From positions 103,966-167,965 of the forward strand of contig CAVQNC010000010.1 of NCBI GenBank assembly GCA_963713795.1: 64,000 nucleotides of DNA, given 5' to 3'. Every line of letters begins with the position of its first letter. Position 1 is the stretch's first letter. Shown here in pieces: positions 1-10,032 of this stretch. Under the pieces are notes generated by a model. That model saw nothing but the letters and a program-made list of their open reading frames with translations. It was not told the DNA's origin and searched no databases. The translations under genes and the position numbers were made by a program. Origin of the DNA: an uncultured Chloroflexia bacterium. Its GTDB lineage: Bacteria; Chloroflexota; Limnocylindria; Limnocylindrales; CSP1-4.

Positions 1-1
1 G

Positions 2-193
2 CACGCCCTCGGGGCCGGTGAAGAGGCCACTGCCGTGGCCTACGTCGAGGTTCGCTCCCACGGCGAGGTCCGCTGGGGCGTGGGCATGGATCCGAACATC
101 ACCACGGCCTCGATGAAGGCGGTCCTGAGCGCGCTGGAACGCCTGGGCGTCGAACTGGGCGCTCCTGCCGGGCTCGGAGCGGTCGGCGGCTGA
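2..193 (+). CDS. 3' end of an upstream gene entering the window; C-terminal segment resembling the allosteric/dimerisation tail of LeuA/CimA-type synthases
   Basis: The frame is open from base 2 to TGA 191-193. Translated tail: ...AYVEVRSHGEVRWGVGMDPNITTASMKAVLSALERLGVELG. Family guess from memory of LeuA-type C-termini only. Confidence 0.35.
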   Translation, partial: HALGAGEEATAVAYVEVRSHGEVRWGVGMDPNITTASMKAVLSALERLGVELGAPAGLGAVGG

Positions 194-200
194 TCGAATG

Positions 201-236
201 GAGAACGCCCGCCGGTGACGGCCGGCGGGCGTTCTC
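201..236. terminator. Perfect 15-bp inverted repeat (GAGAACGCCCGCCGG ... CCGGCGGGCGTTCTC); probable bidirectional terminator between convergent genes
   Basis: Read directly from the sequence. Lies between the stop of the + strand partial gene (193) and the stop of the - strand GH130 gene (274). Confidence 0.55.
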
Positions 237-273
237 GGTCGTTGGCTCAGGCGGCCCCGCGGGCCCTCGAGAC

Positions 274-1287
274 CTAGCTTCTGGCTTTGACGAAGTCGAT
301 GACCTCGTTGAGATATCCATGGGCGAGGCAGGTGACCGTGTCGGCGGCGCCGTAGTAGATGGTGAGGCGGCCGGTCGGCTCGTCGAGAAGCGCGGCGCAG
401 GGGAAGGTCACGTTCTGAACGTCGCCGATCTGCTCGTACGGCATCTGCGGCGAGATCAAGTAGTCACGGCTTCGGGCGATCACCTTCCAGGGCTCGTCCA
501 GGTCGAGCAGGGCGGCCCCCATCGAATAGACGAAGCCGTTGCAGGACGTGAGAACGCCGTGGTAGATGAGCAGCCAGCCTTCCGGGGTCTCGATCGGTGT
601 CGGGCCGGCGCCAACCTTGGTCGACTCCCAGGTGTACGGCCGGGTGGTCATGACCCGGCGGTGGCGGCCCCAGTGCACCAGGTCGGGACTCTCCGACAGG
701 TAGATGTCGCCGAAGGGCGTGTGGCCGTTGTCGCTCGGTCGCGACAGCATCTGGTACATGCCGTCGACCCGGCGCGGAAAAAGGACGCCGTTGCGGTTGA
801 AGGGCAGGAAGGCGTTGTCGAGCTGGTGGAAGGTCTTGAAATCGTAGGTGTATCCGACTCCGATGGTCGGGCCGTAGTAGCCGTTGCACCAGGTTACGCA
901 GTAGCGATCCTCGAGCCAGGTCACCCGCGGGTCGTAGGCGTGCGTGAAGAACTCCTGGATCTCCGGCACGCGCTCATCTGCGGCCGCCCAATCGATCGTC
1001 GGCTCCTCGATCTTCCAGTCGATGCCGTCCCGGCTGAAGCCGGCGTGCACGTTCATGACGCGCGTCGTGTCGTCCACCCGGAAGACGCCCGCGAAGCCGC
1101 TGCCGAAGGGAACGACGGCGGAGTTGAAGATGCTGTTGGATCGCGCGATCAGGTCCCGGGGGATGATCGGATTGCGGCCGGATCGCCACAGCGCCGCGGC
1201 TGAACCCGAGGGGCGGTCCTCCCAGGGGATGTTCGGGAGGGCGCGCGCAGGCGCGGTTGGCGTTGCCTTTCCTTCTTCGAAGTCCAT
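274..1287 (-). CDS. Glycoside hydrolase family 130 (beta-mannoside phosphorylase-type, DUF377 fold) protein
   Basis: 337-aa ORF. Five-bladed beta-propeller-type GH130 sequence features ([35 protein letters not shown]). 13-nt gap to the upstream LacI gene on the same strand. Confidence 0.7.
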   Translation of the reverse strand: MDFEEGKATPTAPARALPNIPWEDRPSGSAAALWRSGRNPIIPRDLIARSNSIFNSAVVPFGSGFAGVFRVDDTTRVMNVHAGFSRDGIDWKIEEPTIDWAAADERVPEIQEFFTHAYDPRVTWLEDRYCVTWCNGYYGPTIGVGYTYDFKTFHQLDNAFLPFNRNGVLFPRRVDGMYQMLSRPSDNGHTPFGDIYLSESPDLVHWGRHRRVMTTRPYTWESTKVGAGPTPIETPEGWLLIYHGVLTSCNGFVYSMGAALLDLDEPWKVIARSRDYLISPQMPYEQIGDVQNVTFPCAALLDEPTGRLTIYYGAADTVTCLAHGYLNEVIDFVKARS

Positions 1288-1300
1288 CGAGCCCCTTTCG

Positions 1301-2410
1301 CTACGCGGGTTGCAGGTCGGTCTGTTGCAGGTCCGTCTGAAGTGCCGACGCTGGCCCGTCCGTTCGCGTCGCCGTTCCGAGGACCTTGGTCGATCCGCGC
1401 AGCACGAGCGTCGGCCTCACGAGCGTCTGTGTTACGCACTCCTTGCCGAGCTCGAGGCGGTGGGCCAGCAGGGTCACGGCCAGCCGGCCCATTCCGACCT
1501 TGTCCACGGCCATGGTCGTGAGCCCCGGCGAGACGAACCCGGCCAGGTCGATGTCGTCGAAGCCGACGACGGACAGCCGGCCCGGCACGGCGATGCCGGC
1601 CTGCCTGGCGGCCTGGAGGAGGGCGACGGCGACCGCGTCGTTGGCGCAGAAGACGGCGGTGACATCGGGATGGGCCTGGAGATACGAGACCCCAACCGTC
1701 GCGGCCGCCTCCGGCGGCCAGTAGGGGGTGTCGATATAGATCGGGGCCAGCCCGGCTTCGGCCATGACTTGCTCGTAGCCCCGACGCCGCTGCTGGATGC
1801 TCGGGAAGGATCCGGGCTCGGTTCCCAGGATGGCGACGTCGCGATGGCCCCTGTTGAGAAGATGCTCGACCGCCGTTCGGGCCCCGCCCAGGTTGTCCGT
1901 CGCGACCGAATCGAAGCAGTCGTCTTCTGCATAGGCGTCGACCAGGATGGCCGGCGGGGCGTTCCGGAGTATCTCCGCGGTTGTCCTCGAGAGGTGCGCC
2001 CCGACGACGATCAGGCCGTCGCAGGCCCGGTTGGTGACGAGTCGCGGAACCTCGATGGGATAGTAGTGCTGGTCCACCGGCATGGTCGCCAGCATCAGGT
2101 CGAGACGGTGGATCCGGCAGCTCTCCTCGATACCGGCCATCACCGGGGCATAGAAGCGGTTGGCCTCCGGCGAATCGCCGTGGACGGCCTTGATCACCAG
2201 CCCGATAGTGAGCGGTTGGCGGCGCTGCCGGACCGAACCTGCCGCCGGCCGATACCCGATGGTTTCGGCGGCCTCGACGACGCGAGCCCGGGTCGCCTCG
2301 GAGACGCCAATCCTGCCGCGCAGCGCGAGCGAAACCGCGGCCGGAGAGAGTCCCACGGCCGCGGCGACATCCGCTAGCGTCGCCGGCTTTGGCCCGAACC
2401 GCTTGGCCAC
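1301..2410 (-). CDS. LacI-family transcriptional regulator
   Basis: N-terminal [26 protein letters not shown] followed by a periplasmic-binding-fold sugar-binding domain; 369 aa. Confidence 0.85.
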   Translation of the reverse strand: MAKRFGPKPATLADVAAAVGLSPAAVSLALRGRIGVSEATRARVVEAAETIGYRPAAGSVRQRRQPLTIGLVIKAVHGDSPEANRFYAPVMAGIEESCRIHRLDLMLATMPVDQHYYPIEVPRLVTNRACDGLIVVGAHLSRTTAEILRNAPPAILVDAYAEDDCFDSVATDNLGGARTAVEHLLNRGHRDVAILGTEPGSFPSIQQRRRGYEQVMAEAGLAPIYIDTPYWPPEAAATVGVSYLQAHPDVTAVFCANDAVAVALLQAARQAGIAVPGRLSVVGFDDIDLAGFVSPGLTTMAVDKVGMGRLAVTLLAHRLELGKECVTQTLVRPTLVLRGSTKVLGTATRTDGPASALQTDLQQTDLQPA

Positions 2411-2429
2411 AGAGCGCCTCGCACTACTG

Positions 2430-2441
2430 AAAGTTTAGTGA
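2430..2441. promoter_or_regulatory. Candidate LacI operator half-site copy 1 (AAAGTTTAGTGA) in a low-GC patch of the divergent intergenic region
   Basis: The motif AAAG(A)TTT(T)AGTGA occurs twice in the 2411-2764 intergenic region (here and at 2557-2570). The second copy is embedded in an inverted repeat ACTAAAgatTTTAGT. Confidence 0.35.
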
Positions 2442-2553
2442 ATGATATCAGCGGCTGTTTTGCCGGGCAACTCGCCCCGGGGCGCTCGAATTTGGATTGC
2501 GGGTCGTACATTCGTCGTGGTGGTGCCAGATCGCCGCCTGACTATGGTCAGGG

Positions 2554-2570
2554 CCTCCGATGGACTAAAG
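2554..2570. promoter_or_regulatory. Candidate LacI operator copy 2 (ACTAAAGATTTTAGTGA; inverted repeat ACTAAA/TTTAGT) abutting the -35 box
   Basis: Inverted repeat read directly from the sequence. It sits immediately upstream of the TTGACA -35 hexamer for the transporter operon. Confidence 0.4.
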
Positions 2571-2579
2571 ATTTTAGTG

Positions 2580-2608
2580 ACTCGTTCGATTGACACGCCA
2601 CTTTGCGT
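2580..2608 (+). promoter_or_regulatory. Sigma-70-like promoter TTGACA-17nt-TACTGT for the ABC importer operon
   Basis: Perfect -35 TTGACA (2580-2585), 17-nt spacer, -10 TACTGT (2603-2608). It lies about 155 nt upstream of the substrate-binding-protein start at 2765, which has a strong RBS GGAAGGAGGAAAGGG. Confidence 0.5.
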
Positions 2609-2764
2609 GATCTACTGTCCATCTGCCAATGTCCGGCCCCCCGTCACTGGGGCAAGCCCACGGAGTTGACGCTCTGGCTTAGCCATGCGGAGCGCACAGC
2701 GTGCCCTGAGTTGTGATCAGGCCCAACGCGCTGAGCCGTGCTCCTCATGGGAAGGAGGAAAGGG

Positions 2765-4567
2765 ATGCAAATAGGCAGATCCAGGGTTCTAGCTCTGCTC
2801 GCCGTAGTGGCCATCGTCGGCGCTGCGTGCTCAAGCACGTCGGCGACACCGACCGTAGCCCCCGGGACCCAGGCGCCTGCGACCCAGGCACCGGCCTCCT
2901 CGGCTCCGTCGCCGACGGCCGCGCCGGTCACGTCCTACCCGCGCGCACAGACCCTCTACACCCAGGGAACCGCCTGGGGAGCCCCCTCCACCTGGAACCC
3001 GTTCGACCCCAACCACGCGATGGGCGTCGTCGGCCTTCAGTACGAGACGCTGTTCCTGTACGACCCGCTAAAGGACACCTACACCAACTGGCTGGCCACG
3101 GGTGGTTCGTGGGACTCCACGAACACCACGTACACGATCAACGTTCGCCAGGGGGTCAAGTGGAGCGACGGCACGGCCCTTACGGCCTCTGACGTGGCCT
3201 TCACAATCGGCCTGTACAAGCTCCAGGCTCTGGGCTCCGACCTGTGGACCTACGTTACCGGCGTGACCGCGCCCGACGCTTCGACCGTCGTGGTCACGTT
3301 CAAGAACCCGGCCTACCAGGAGTGGCAGAACTTCCTGTACAACACGCCGATCGTGCCGCAGGCAATCTGGCAGCAGTACGACAACGAGAACATCCTCAAG
3401 TTCACCAACGACAACGGCGTCGGCTCCGGCCCCTACACGAACCTGACCCACGCCGCCGACCGCCAGGTCTGGCAGAAGAACCCGAACTGGTGGGCCACCT
3501 CCGCGCTCAGCCTCAACGTTGCGCCGACGTACATCGTCGACCTCGTCAACACCTCGAACAGCGCTGCCCTGGGCAACCTGCTCGCCGGTAACGTCGACCT
3601 GAGCAACAACTACCTGCCGGGCGTCGCCACGCTCGTCAACGGCGGGTACAGCGTCACCACCTACTACCCGAATCCGCCGTACATGCTCCCGGGCAACACC
3701 GCCGTTCTGATCCCGAACGACCAGAAGGCGCCGATGAGCGACCCGGCCTTCCGCAAGGCCCTCGCGACGGCAATTAACGTCAACGACATCGTGACCACTG
3801 ACTACGGCCAGATCGTCGCCGCGTCCGACCCGACCGGCCTTCTGCCGTACTTCAGCAAGTACATCGACAAGACGGTCACCGCCAAGCTCGGCTTCTCCTT
3901 CAGCACGGCGAAGGCCAAGGCCATGCTCGCCGCCGCCGGGTACAAGACCGACAGCAGCGGCAATGTCCTGAACAAGGACGGCTCCGCGATGAAGCTCGTC
4001 CTCGAGGTTCCGGACGGCTGGTCCGACTGGATGGAAGCTGAGAACCTGATCGCCGCCAGCGCCAAGCTCGCCGGCATCAACATCGATCCGCAGCATCCCG
4101 CTCAGGCCACGACCATCACCGACCGCAACCGGCCTGACGCCACCACGGTTCCGAAGTTCGACCTGGAGATCAACAACGACGTCCAGGTTTCGAACACGCC
4201 GTTCCAGTGGTTCGACTATGTCTTCCGCGAGCCTCTTCCGTTCGGTGCGGGCGAGACTCGAAACTACGAAGGCTACAAGAACGACGCGGCCTGGGCCCTC
4301 GTCCAGAAGCTCGACACCACGCCGGTTTCTGACACGGCCACGATGCAGTCGATCTGCTCTCAGCTGGAGACGATCCAGCTGACCGACATGCCGGTTATCC
4401 CGCTCTGGTATAACGGCGTGTGGTCGCAGGCCAACAACACCGTCTGGACCAACTGGCCGTCCAGCACGGGTTCCAACAACGAAATGGCGGTCGCCTGGGG
4501 CGGCTACTGGCAGATGGGAGCAATCTTCATGCTCACCAATCTGAAGCCCGTCCCGCCGGCCAGCTAA
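2765..4567 (+). CDS. ABC transporter substrate-binding lipoprotein, family 5 (oligopeptide/oligosaccharide Opp/Dpp type)
   Basis: ATG at 2765 preceded by GGAAGGAGG. Signal peptide plus lipobox-like AIVGAAC, then a T/P/A-rich linker. About 600 aa, typical of cluster C family 5 SBPs. Confidence 0.8.
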   Translation: MQIGRSRVLALLAVVAIVGAACSSTSATPTVAPGTQAPATQAPASSAPSPTAAPVTSYPRAQTLYTQGTAWGAPSTWNPFDPNHAMGVVGLQYETLFLYDPLKDTYTNWLATGGSWDSTNTTYTINVRQGVKWSDGTALTASDVAFTIGLYKLQALGSDLWTYVTGVTAPDASTVVVTFKNPAYQEWQNFLYNTPIVPQAIWQQYDNENILKFTNDNGVGSGPYTNLTHAADRQVWQKNPNWWATSALSLNVAPTYIVDLVNTSNSAALGNLLAGNVDLSNNYLPGVATLVNGGYSVTTYYPNPPYMLPGNTAVLIPNDQKAPMSDPAFRKALATAINVNDIVTTDYGQIVAASDPTGLLPYFSKYIDKTVTAKLGFSFSTAKAKAMLAAAGYKTDSSGNVLNKDGSAMKLVLEVPDGWSDWMEAENLIAASAKLAGINIDPQHPAQATTITDRNRPDATTVPKFDLEINNDVQVSNTPFQWFDYVFREPLPFGAGETRNYEGYKNDAAWALVQKLDTTPVSDTATMQSICSQLETIQLTDMPVIPLWYNGVWSQANNTVWTNWPSSTGSNNEMAVAWGGYWQMGAIFMLTNLKPVPPAS

Positions 4568-4688
4568 CCTGGACTCTGGTAGCCCCTCCCTCCGCGCAAC
4601 TCCGGGGGGAGGGGCTATTCTCCTTATGCCGTAGGGCACGTCCAGCTGCAGGGCACGCCGACAAAAGGCACGCCGACCGGGAGATCGT

Positions 4689-5687
4689 GTGCGACGCTAC
4701 TTCGGTAGAAAGCTCTTCACGTACGCCATCACCTTCGTTCTTGCGGCGACGATCGACTGGCTGATCCCTCGCTTCATGCCGGGCGATCCGATCGTCATGC
4801 TCATGACGACGCATGAAAGCAACCTGTCTCCCGCAAATTCGACGGCGCTGTACAACTACTACACCGGGCTCTTTGGACTGAACATGCCGCTGTGGCAGCA
4901 GTACCTCAACTTCTGGGGGTCCCTGCTGCACGGAAACCTCGGCCTGAGCATCATCGGCAACGGTCAGCCCGTGACTCAGGTGATCATGGCCGCCGTGCCG
5001 TACACGCTGGCCCTGCTCATTCCGGCCATCCTGCTCAGCTGGTGGGCCGGCAACTCCTTCGGCGCCCTGGCCGCTCGCCGGAAGTGGCTGGACAACTCCA
5101 TCCTCCCGATCGGATACATCCTGACCGCCACTCCGTACATGTGGCTCGGTCTGCTGCTGTCCTTCGTCCTGTCCTACACGTTCAGGATCTTCCCGCTCTC
5201 AGGCGGCTACGGCTACAACCTCGTGCCGACCCTGTCCCTGACGTTCGCGACCGACCTGATCGCCCACTGGATGCTGCCCTTCCTGTCCCTGTTCATGGTG
5301 ATGTTCGGCGGCTGGGCGATCGGCATGCGCAACATGATCATCTATGAACTGGAGTCGGACTACAGCCGCTACCTGGAGGCCCTCGGTGCTCCCCAGGGGC
5401 TGATCCGCAAGTACGCCTTCCGGAACGCGATGCTGCCCCAGATCACGGGCCTGGCTCTTCAGCTGGGCGTGATCGTCGCCGGAGCGCTCGTTACGGAGAT
5501 CGTCTTCGCCTATCCGGGCGTGGGATCGCTGGTCTTCAACTCCATCAAGAACGAGGATTACTTCCTGATGCAGGGGATCTTCCTGTTCATCATCCTGGGA
5601 GTGCTGATCGCCAACTTCCTCGTCGACATCGTCTACGTGATAGTCGATCCGAGGACTCGTGTAGCCATGCGAGGAGGCACCGCATGA
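4689..5687 (+). CDS. ABC transporter permease (DppB/OppB-like)
   Basis: 332-aa polytopic membrane protein. Its stop overlaps the start of the next permease gene. Confidence 0.8.
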   Translation: MRRYFGRKLFTYAITFVLAATIDWLIPRFMPGDPIVMLMTTHESNLSPANSTALYNYYTGLFGLNMPLWQQYLNFWGSLLHGNLGLSIIGNGQPVTQVIMAAVPYTLALLIPAILLSWWAGNSFGALAARRKWLDNSILPIGYILTATPYMWLGLLLSFVLSYTFRIFPLSGGYGYNLVPTLSLTFATDLIAHWMLPFLSLFMVMFGGWAIGMRNMIIYELESDYSRYLEALGAPQGLIRKYAFRNAMLPQITGLALQLGVIVAGALVTEIVFAYPGVGSLVFNSIKNEDYFLMQGIFLFIILGVLIANFLVDIVYVIVDPRTRVAMRGGTA

Positions 5688-6595
5688 CCGCGATCGGCCA
5701 GGTCGACGCGAAGGTCCCCGCCGAGGTGGCCCCGCCGGCCAAGAAGCAGCGGGAGACGCTCTTCTTCGCTCTTCGCTCGAAGAAGTTCCTCGTCTCCGTG
5801 ACCATCCTGCTGGTGCTCCTGGTGATCGCGATCGTCGGGCCGATGCTGGACCCGACCGACCCGCTGATGCAGAACGGGGCCCACGTCATGGCTCCGCCCT
5901 CATTCCAGGATGGAACCTGGTTTGGCACGACCATATTCGGCGAGGACGTCTTCTCCCAGTTCTGCAACGGCCTGAGGGCCTCCTTCTTCATCGGCTTCCT
6001 TGGGGGAGGGTTCGCCGCGCTGCTCGGGATGGCCATAGGCTTCACGGCCGGCTACAGGGGCGGCTGGACCGACGAGATCCTCAACATGCTGACCAACGTC
6101 TTCCTGGTCATCCCGACCCTGGCCGTGCTGCTCGTGATCACGGCGTACCTGCAGGCTCGCGGCGTGCTCTTCGAGGCCGTCTTCATCGGCGCCACTTCCT
6201 GGCCGTGGGCCGCTCGCGCCATCCGGGCTCAGACCTTCTCGCTGCGATCGCGCGACTTCATCGACCTGGCCCGGCTCAGCGGCCGGCGCGGCTGGAAGGT
6301 GATCGTCTTCGAGATCGCGCCGAACATGAGCTCCTACCTCTTCCTGACGTACATCCTGTTGTTCGGCGGCGCCATCCTGATCGCGGCCAGCCTGGACTTC
6401 ATCGGGCTCGGCCCGACGGGTGCCATGTCGCTCGGGCTGATGATGTTCAACGCGGTGACGTCCGCGTCCCTGGTCCTGGGCATGTGGTGGTGGTTCGTTC
6501 CGCCGGGCATCGGGATCATGGCCCTGGTCGGCGCGCTCTACGTGATGAACGTGGGGCTCGACGAAATCTTCAACCCCAAACTCAGGGAACTCTGA
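5684..6595 (+). CDS. ABC transporter permease (DppC/OppC-like)
   Basis: 303-aa membrane protein, translationally coupled (ATGA overlap) with the previous permease. Confidence 0.8.
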   Translation: MTAIGQVDAKVPAEVAPPAKKQRETLFFALRSKKFLVSVTILLVLLVIAIVGPMLDPTDPLMQNGAHVMAPPSFQDGTWFGTTIFGEDVFSQFCNGLRASFFIGFLGGGFAALLGMAIGFTAGYRGGWTDEILNMLTNVFLVIPTLAVLLVITAYLQARGVLFEAVFIGATSWPWAARAIRAQTFSLRSRDFIDLARLSGRRGWKVIVFEIAPNMSSYLFLTYILLFGGAILIAASLDFIGLGPTGAMSLGLMMFNAVTSASLVLGMWWWFVPPGIGIMALVGALYVMNVGLDEIFNPKLREL

Positions 6596-6598
6596 GCC

Positions 6599-7561
6599 GT
6601 GAGCCTCCAGGTATCCGATCTCAAGGTCTACTACAGAACGCTGGCGGGCGACGTCAAGGCCCTCGACGGCGCCACGTTCTCCATCGCGGATGGAGAGATC
6701 ATGGGTCTCGCGGGAGAGTCGGGCTGCGGCAAGTCGACGCTCGGCAACAGCCTGATCCGGCTCGACGGCCGGATGAAGTACGTCGGCGGCAGCGTGACGC
6801 TCGACGGGACCGAAATGCCGATCTGGGACAAGACGGACATGATCCCGTTCCGCTTCCGCGAAGTCTCGGTGGTCCCGCAGTACGCCATGAGCGCCATGAA
6901 TCCGACCCGGAAGATCGGCCTCATGATCTCCGAGCTGGTCCAGTCCCGGGGCATGGCCTACAGCGAGGTCAAGGTCGAGCTCGAGCGGCGCATAGACATC
7001 GTGGGGTTGCAGCTGGACGTTCTCAAGCGCTACCCGATCGAGCTGTCGGGCGGCATGAAGCAGCGCATGGTCATGGTCATCTCGACCCTGCTCAACCCCT
7101 CGCTGCTGATCGCCGACGAGATCACTTCCGCCCTGGATGTATCGACTCAACGGGCGGTGGCCGAGACGCTGGTCAGCTTCCGAGATCACGGGTTCGTGAA
7201 GAGCATGATGGTGATCACGCACGACGTCTCGATCCTGTATCAGATCGCCGACTCGATCCTCATCATGTACGCCGGCAAGCTCGCCGAGAAGGCGGCGACG
7301 AGCACGATCATCCAGCGCCCGCTGCATCCGTACACGCAGATGCTCGTGGCGTCGCTGCCTGAAGTCGGCGTGCGCTACGAGGACAAGAAGCTGAGCGGCA
7401 TTCCAGGCAGTCCTCCGTCCTTGCTCCAGCCCCCGACGGGGTGCCGATTCCGGGCCCGCTGCCCGCTGGCCTACGCCAAGTGCGCGGAGGAGCCGCCGTT
7501 CGTGGAGGTTGAACCCGACCACTCGGTCGCCTGCTGGAAGGTAGCTGGGCTCAATGCTTAG
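6599..7561 (+). CDS. ABC transporter ATP-binding protein (DppD/OppD-like)
   Basis: Walker A GESGCGKST; signature LSGGMKQR; Walker B LIADEITSALD; C-terminal Opp-type extension with Cys residues. Confidence 0.85.
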   Translation: MSLQVSDLKVYYRTLAGDVKALDGATFSIADGEIMGLAGESGCGKSTLGNSLIRLDGRMKYVGGSVTLDGTEMPIWDKTDMIPFRFREVSVVPQYAMSAMNPTRKIGLMISELVQSRGMAYSEVKVELERRIDIVGLQLDVLKRYPIELSGGMKQRMVMVISTLLNPSLLIADEITSALDVSTQRAVAETLVSFRDHGFVKSMMVITHDVSILYQIADSILIMYAGKLAEKAATSTIIQRPLHPYTQMLVASLPEVGVRYEDKKLSGIPGSPPSLLQPPTGCRFRARCPLAYAKCAEEPPFVEVEPDHSVACWKVAGLNA

Positions 7562-8519
7562 CCTCAACAGGGTTTCCAAGGTCTACAAGGTCGGCACTTT
7601 CGGCGGCAAGGACCTGGTTGCTGTTCGCGACGTCAGCTTCGACCTCAACGAGGGAGAGGTCGTCTCCCTCATCGGCGAGAGCGGCAGCGGAAAGACGACC
7701 GTCGGCAAGATGGTGCTGAAGCTGATCGAGATCACACGTGGATCAATCGTCCTCGACGGCGTGGACGTCGCGGGCGTGAAGGGCGGTGACCTCAAGCAGT
7801 ACTACAGGCACGTCCAGGGCGTCTTCCAGGATCCGTTCAGCTCCTACAACCCGATATTCAAGGCCGATCGCGTCTTCAGCCTGATCCGGAGCGAGTACTT
7901 CTCGGATATGCCCCGGACGGAATGGGGCGACAAGGTGGAAGCCGCGCTGCGCGCCGTGACCCTCGAGCCGGACCAGGTTCTCAACAAGTACCCGCACCAG
8001 CTCAGCGGCGGCCAGCTCCAGCGCCTGCTGGTGGCACGGGCGCTGCTGCTGGAGCTGAAGGTCCTCGTGGCCGACGAGATCATCAGCATGCTCGACGCGT
8101 CGACTCGAATCGACGTCCTGAACCTCCTGGCCGACCTCAAAAGCCGCGGCATGGGGATCTTGTTCATCACCCACGACCTCTCGCTCGGCAACTACATCAG
8201 CGAGAAGACGGTCATCCTTCGCCGCGGCGTCGTCGTCGAGATGGGCGCGACGCAGAAGGTGTTCGGCAATCCGACCCACCCGTACACGCGGATGCTGATC
8301 TCGTCTGTGCCGCAGCTGCACAAGAAGTGGGCCCAGATCGAGTCCGAGCTGGCCGCGCCGATCGCCGGTCGGGGCGGCTGTCTCTTCCACGAGGCGTATC
8401 CGCTGGCAGGACGAGCCGAGTCCCGGACGGCCGACGAACCGACTCTGGCCAAGATCGAGGACGACCATTACGTGGGCTGCTTCGAGCTCGAGAGTGAAAA
8501 GGCCAGCCGGGTAGCCTGA
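7554..8519 (+). CDS. ABC transporter ATP-binding protein (DppF/OppF-like)
   Basis: Walker A GESGSGKTT; signature LSGGQLQR; overlaps the previous ATPase gene by 8 nt. Confidence 0.85.
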   Translation: MLSLNRVSKVYKVGTFGGKDLVAVRDVSFDLNEGEVVSLIGESGSGKTTVGKMVLKLIEITRGSIVLDGVDVAGVKGGDLKQYYRHVQGVFQDPFSSYNPIFKADRVFSLIRSEYFSDMPRTEWGDKVEAALRAVTLEPDQVLNKYPHQLSGGQLQRLLVARALLLELKVLVADEIISMLDASTRIDVLNLLADLKSRGMGILFITHDLSLGNYISEKTVILRRGVVVEMGATQKVFGNPTHPYTRMLISSVPQLHKKWAQIESELAAPIAGRGGCLFHEAYPLAGRAESRTADEPTLAKIEDDHYVGCFELESEKASRVA

Positions 8520-8589
8520 AGCCGCCGCCCGCGCCGCCCCGAACCGTCCGGAAGTGCCTTCAAGGCGTACATACTCGTGTCCTGACCAC

Positions 8590-8615
8590 ATCAGTCCGTC
8601 CCCGGGCGGACTGAT
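8590..8615 (+). terminator. Hairpin (ATCAGTCCG-tccccggg-CGGACTGAT) downstream of the ABC importer operon; candidate terminator lacking a U-tract
   Basis: 9-bp perfect stem read from the sequence, 70 nt after the last ATPase stop. Confidence 0.3.
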
Positions 8616-8766
8616 GGTCGCCCTGGGTGCAGCCTCGACTCCGGTGCCCGCGGCCGACGATGCGTCCGTGTGGCAGGCTGTACGGCGGAGTCTCGGGGGC
8701 CGGACGAACCGTCCTGAGTGAGACTTGGCCCTCCGGATAGGGGACTGACTCGGTTATGGTTCGCGC

Positions 8767-10032
8767 ATGACTTCGATCGGCGGCCTGCGCTCCCTCGGCG
8801 CGACACTGCGCCGCCCTGCCCTCGGCCGCTGGCTTCGCGTGGTGGGCCCGGCCTGGGTGGTGATGCTGGCGGACGTGGACGCACCCAGCGTCATCACGGC
8901 GGCCAAGGGCGGAACCGAGTCCGGCTACGCCCTGCTCCTGCCTTGCTTCGCCGTGGTGCCGGTGCTGTTCGTCGTGCAGGAGATGACGGCGCGCCTGGCG
9001 CTGGCAACCGGGATGGGCCACGCCGAGCTCGTGCGGGCGCGCTACGGGCGCCGCTGGGCCGCGGTCTCCGTCCTGGGCATGGCCGTCATCAACTTCGTGG
9101 CCTACGTGGCCGAGTTCGCCGGCATCGCTCTCGGGGCCTCGATCGTCGGCATCCCGCCGGCCCTCGCGATCGTCGGGGCGCTCGCCGTCCATGCTTCGAT
9201 GGTTCTCTCCGGCAGCTACTCCCGCTTCGAGCGGCTGGCGCTGGTGCTGTCGCTGGCCCTGTTCAGCTTCGTAGTCCTCGCCGTAGCCGGCCGTCCCGAT
9301 CTGGGGCATCTGGCGTCGGACCTGAGCCCTCTGCCGGGCGACGTTCCACACGACTACTTCGCCCTCGTCGTGGCGATAATCGGCGCCTCGATCATGCCGT
9401 GGATGCTCTTCTACCAGCAGTCGGCCAGTGTCGATAAGAAGCTCACGCGCGAGGACCTGCGCGGGTCTCGGGTCGAGACGCTGCTGGGGGCGCTGGCCAG
9501 CCAGGCGTTGATGGCCGCGATCGTGATTGCCGCCGCCGCCGCAATGCAGTCCGCGGCGCCTGTAGCGGCCACGACCCGTAACCTGGCCGACCTGCCCGAG
9601 GGCCTGGCCCGCCTCGCCGCCGGCGGGGCCGGCTGGCTCATCGCCGTCGGGCTCGTCGGCTCCGGCCTGCTGGCGCTGGTCGTGATCTCGCTTTCGGCCG
9701 CCTGGGGCATCGGAGAGCTCATGGGCTGGCCCCGCAGTCTCAACCTCAAGGTCGGCCAGGCCCGGCGCTTCTACGGCGTCTACTTCGTCGAAGTCATCCC
9801 GGCCGCCGCGGTGGCGCTCGCCTCGGCCGACCTCGTGCGCGTCTGTGTCGGGGCGATGGTCTTCAACGTGGTCATTCTGGCCCTGCCTCTGGCGTTCCTG
9901 GTCAGGCTTACGAGCGACCGCGCCCTCCTCGGCGACCTTGCCAACTCCCGCCCGCAGGCGACCGTGCTGTGGCTCGTCGTTGCCGGGCTGCTGGCCGCGG
10001 GCGTCTTCGGGATGATCCAGTACCTCGCTTAG
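8767..10032 (+). CDS. mntH: NRAMP-family divalent metal (Mn2+/Fe2+) transporter
   Basis: 421-aa polytopic protein. N-terminal segment GPAWVVMLADVDAPSVITAAKGGTESGYALL matches the NRAMP DPGN-type region. Confidence 0.7.
   Translation: MTSIGGLRSLGATLRRPALGRWLRVVGPAWVVMLADVDAPSVITAAKGGTESGYALLLPCFAVVPVLFVVQEMTARLALATGMGHAELVRARYGRRWAAVSVLGMAVINFVAYVAEFAGIALGASIVGIPPALAIVGALAVHASMVLSGSYSRFERLALVLSLALFSFVVLAVAGRPDLGHLASDLSPLPGDVPHDYFALVVAIIGASIMPWMLFYQQSASVDKKLTREDLRGSRVETLLGALASQALMAAIVIAAAAAMQSAAPVAATTRNLADLPEGLARLAAGGAGWLIAVGLVGSGLLALVVISLSAAWGIGELMGWPRSLNLKVGQARRFYGVYFVEVIPAAAVALASADLVRVCVGAMVFNVVILALPLAFLVRLTSDRALLGDLANSRPQATVLWLVVAGLLAAGVFGMIQYLA

Noticed and set aside
319-1203. 294-aa plus-strand ORF overlapping the GH130 gene
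   Set aside because: It is antisense to a well-supported GH130 coding sequence, with a low-complexity translation and no motif.
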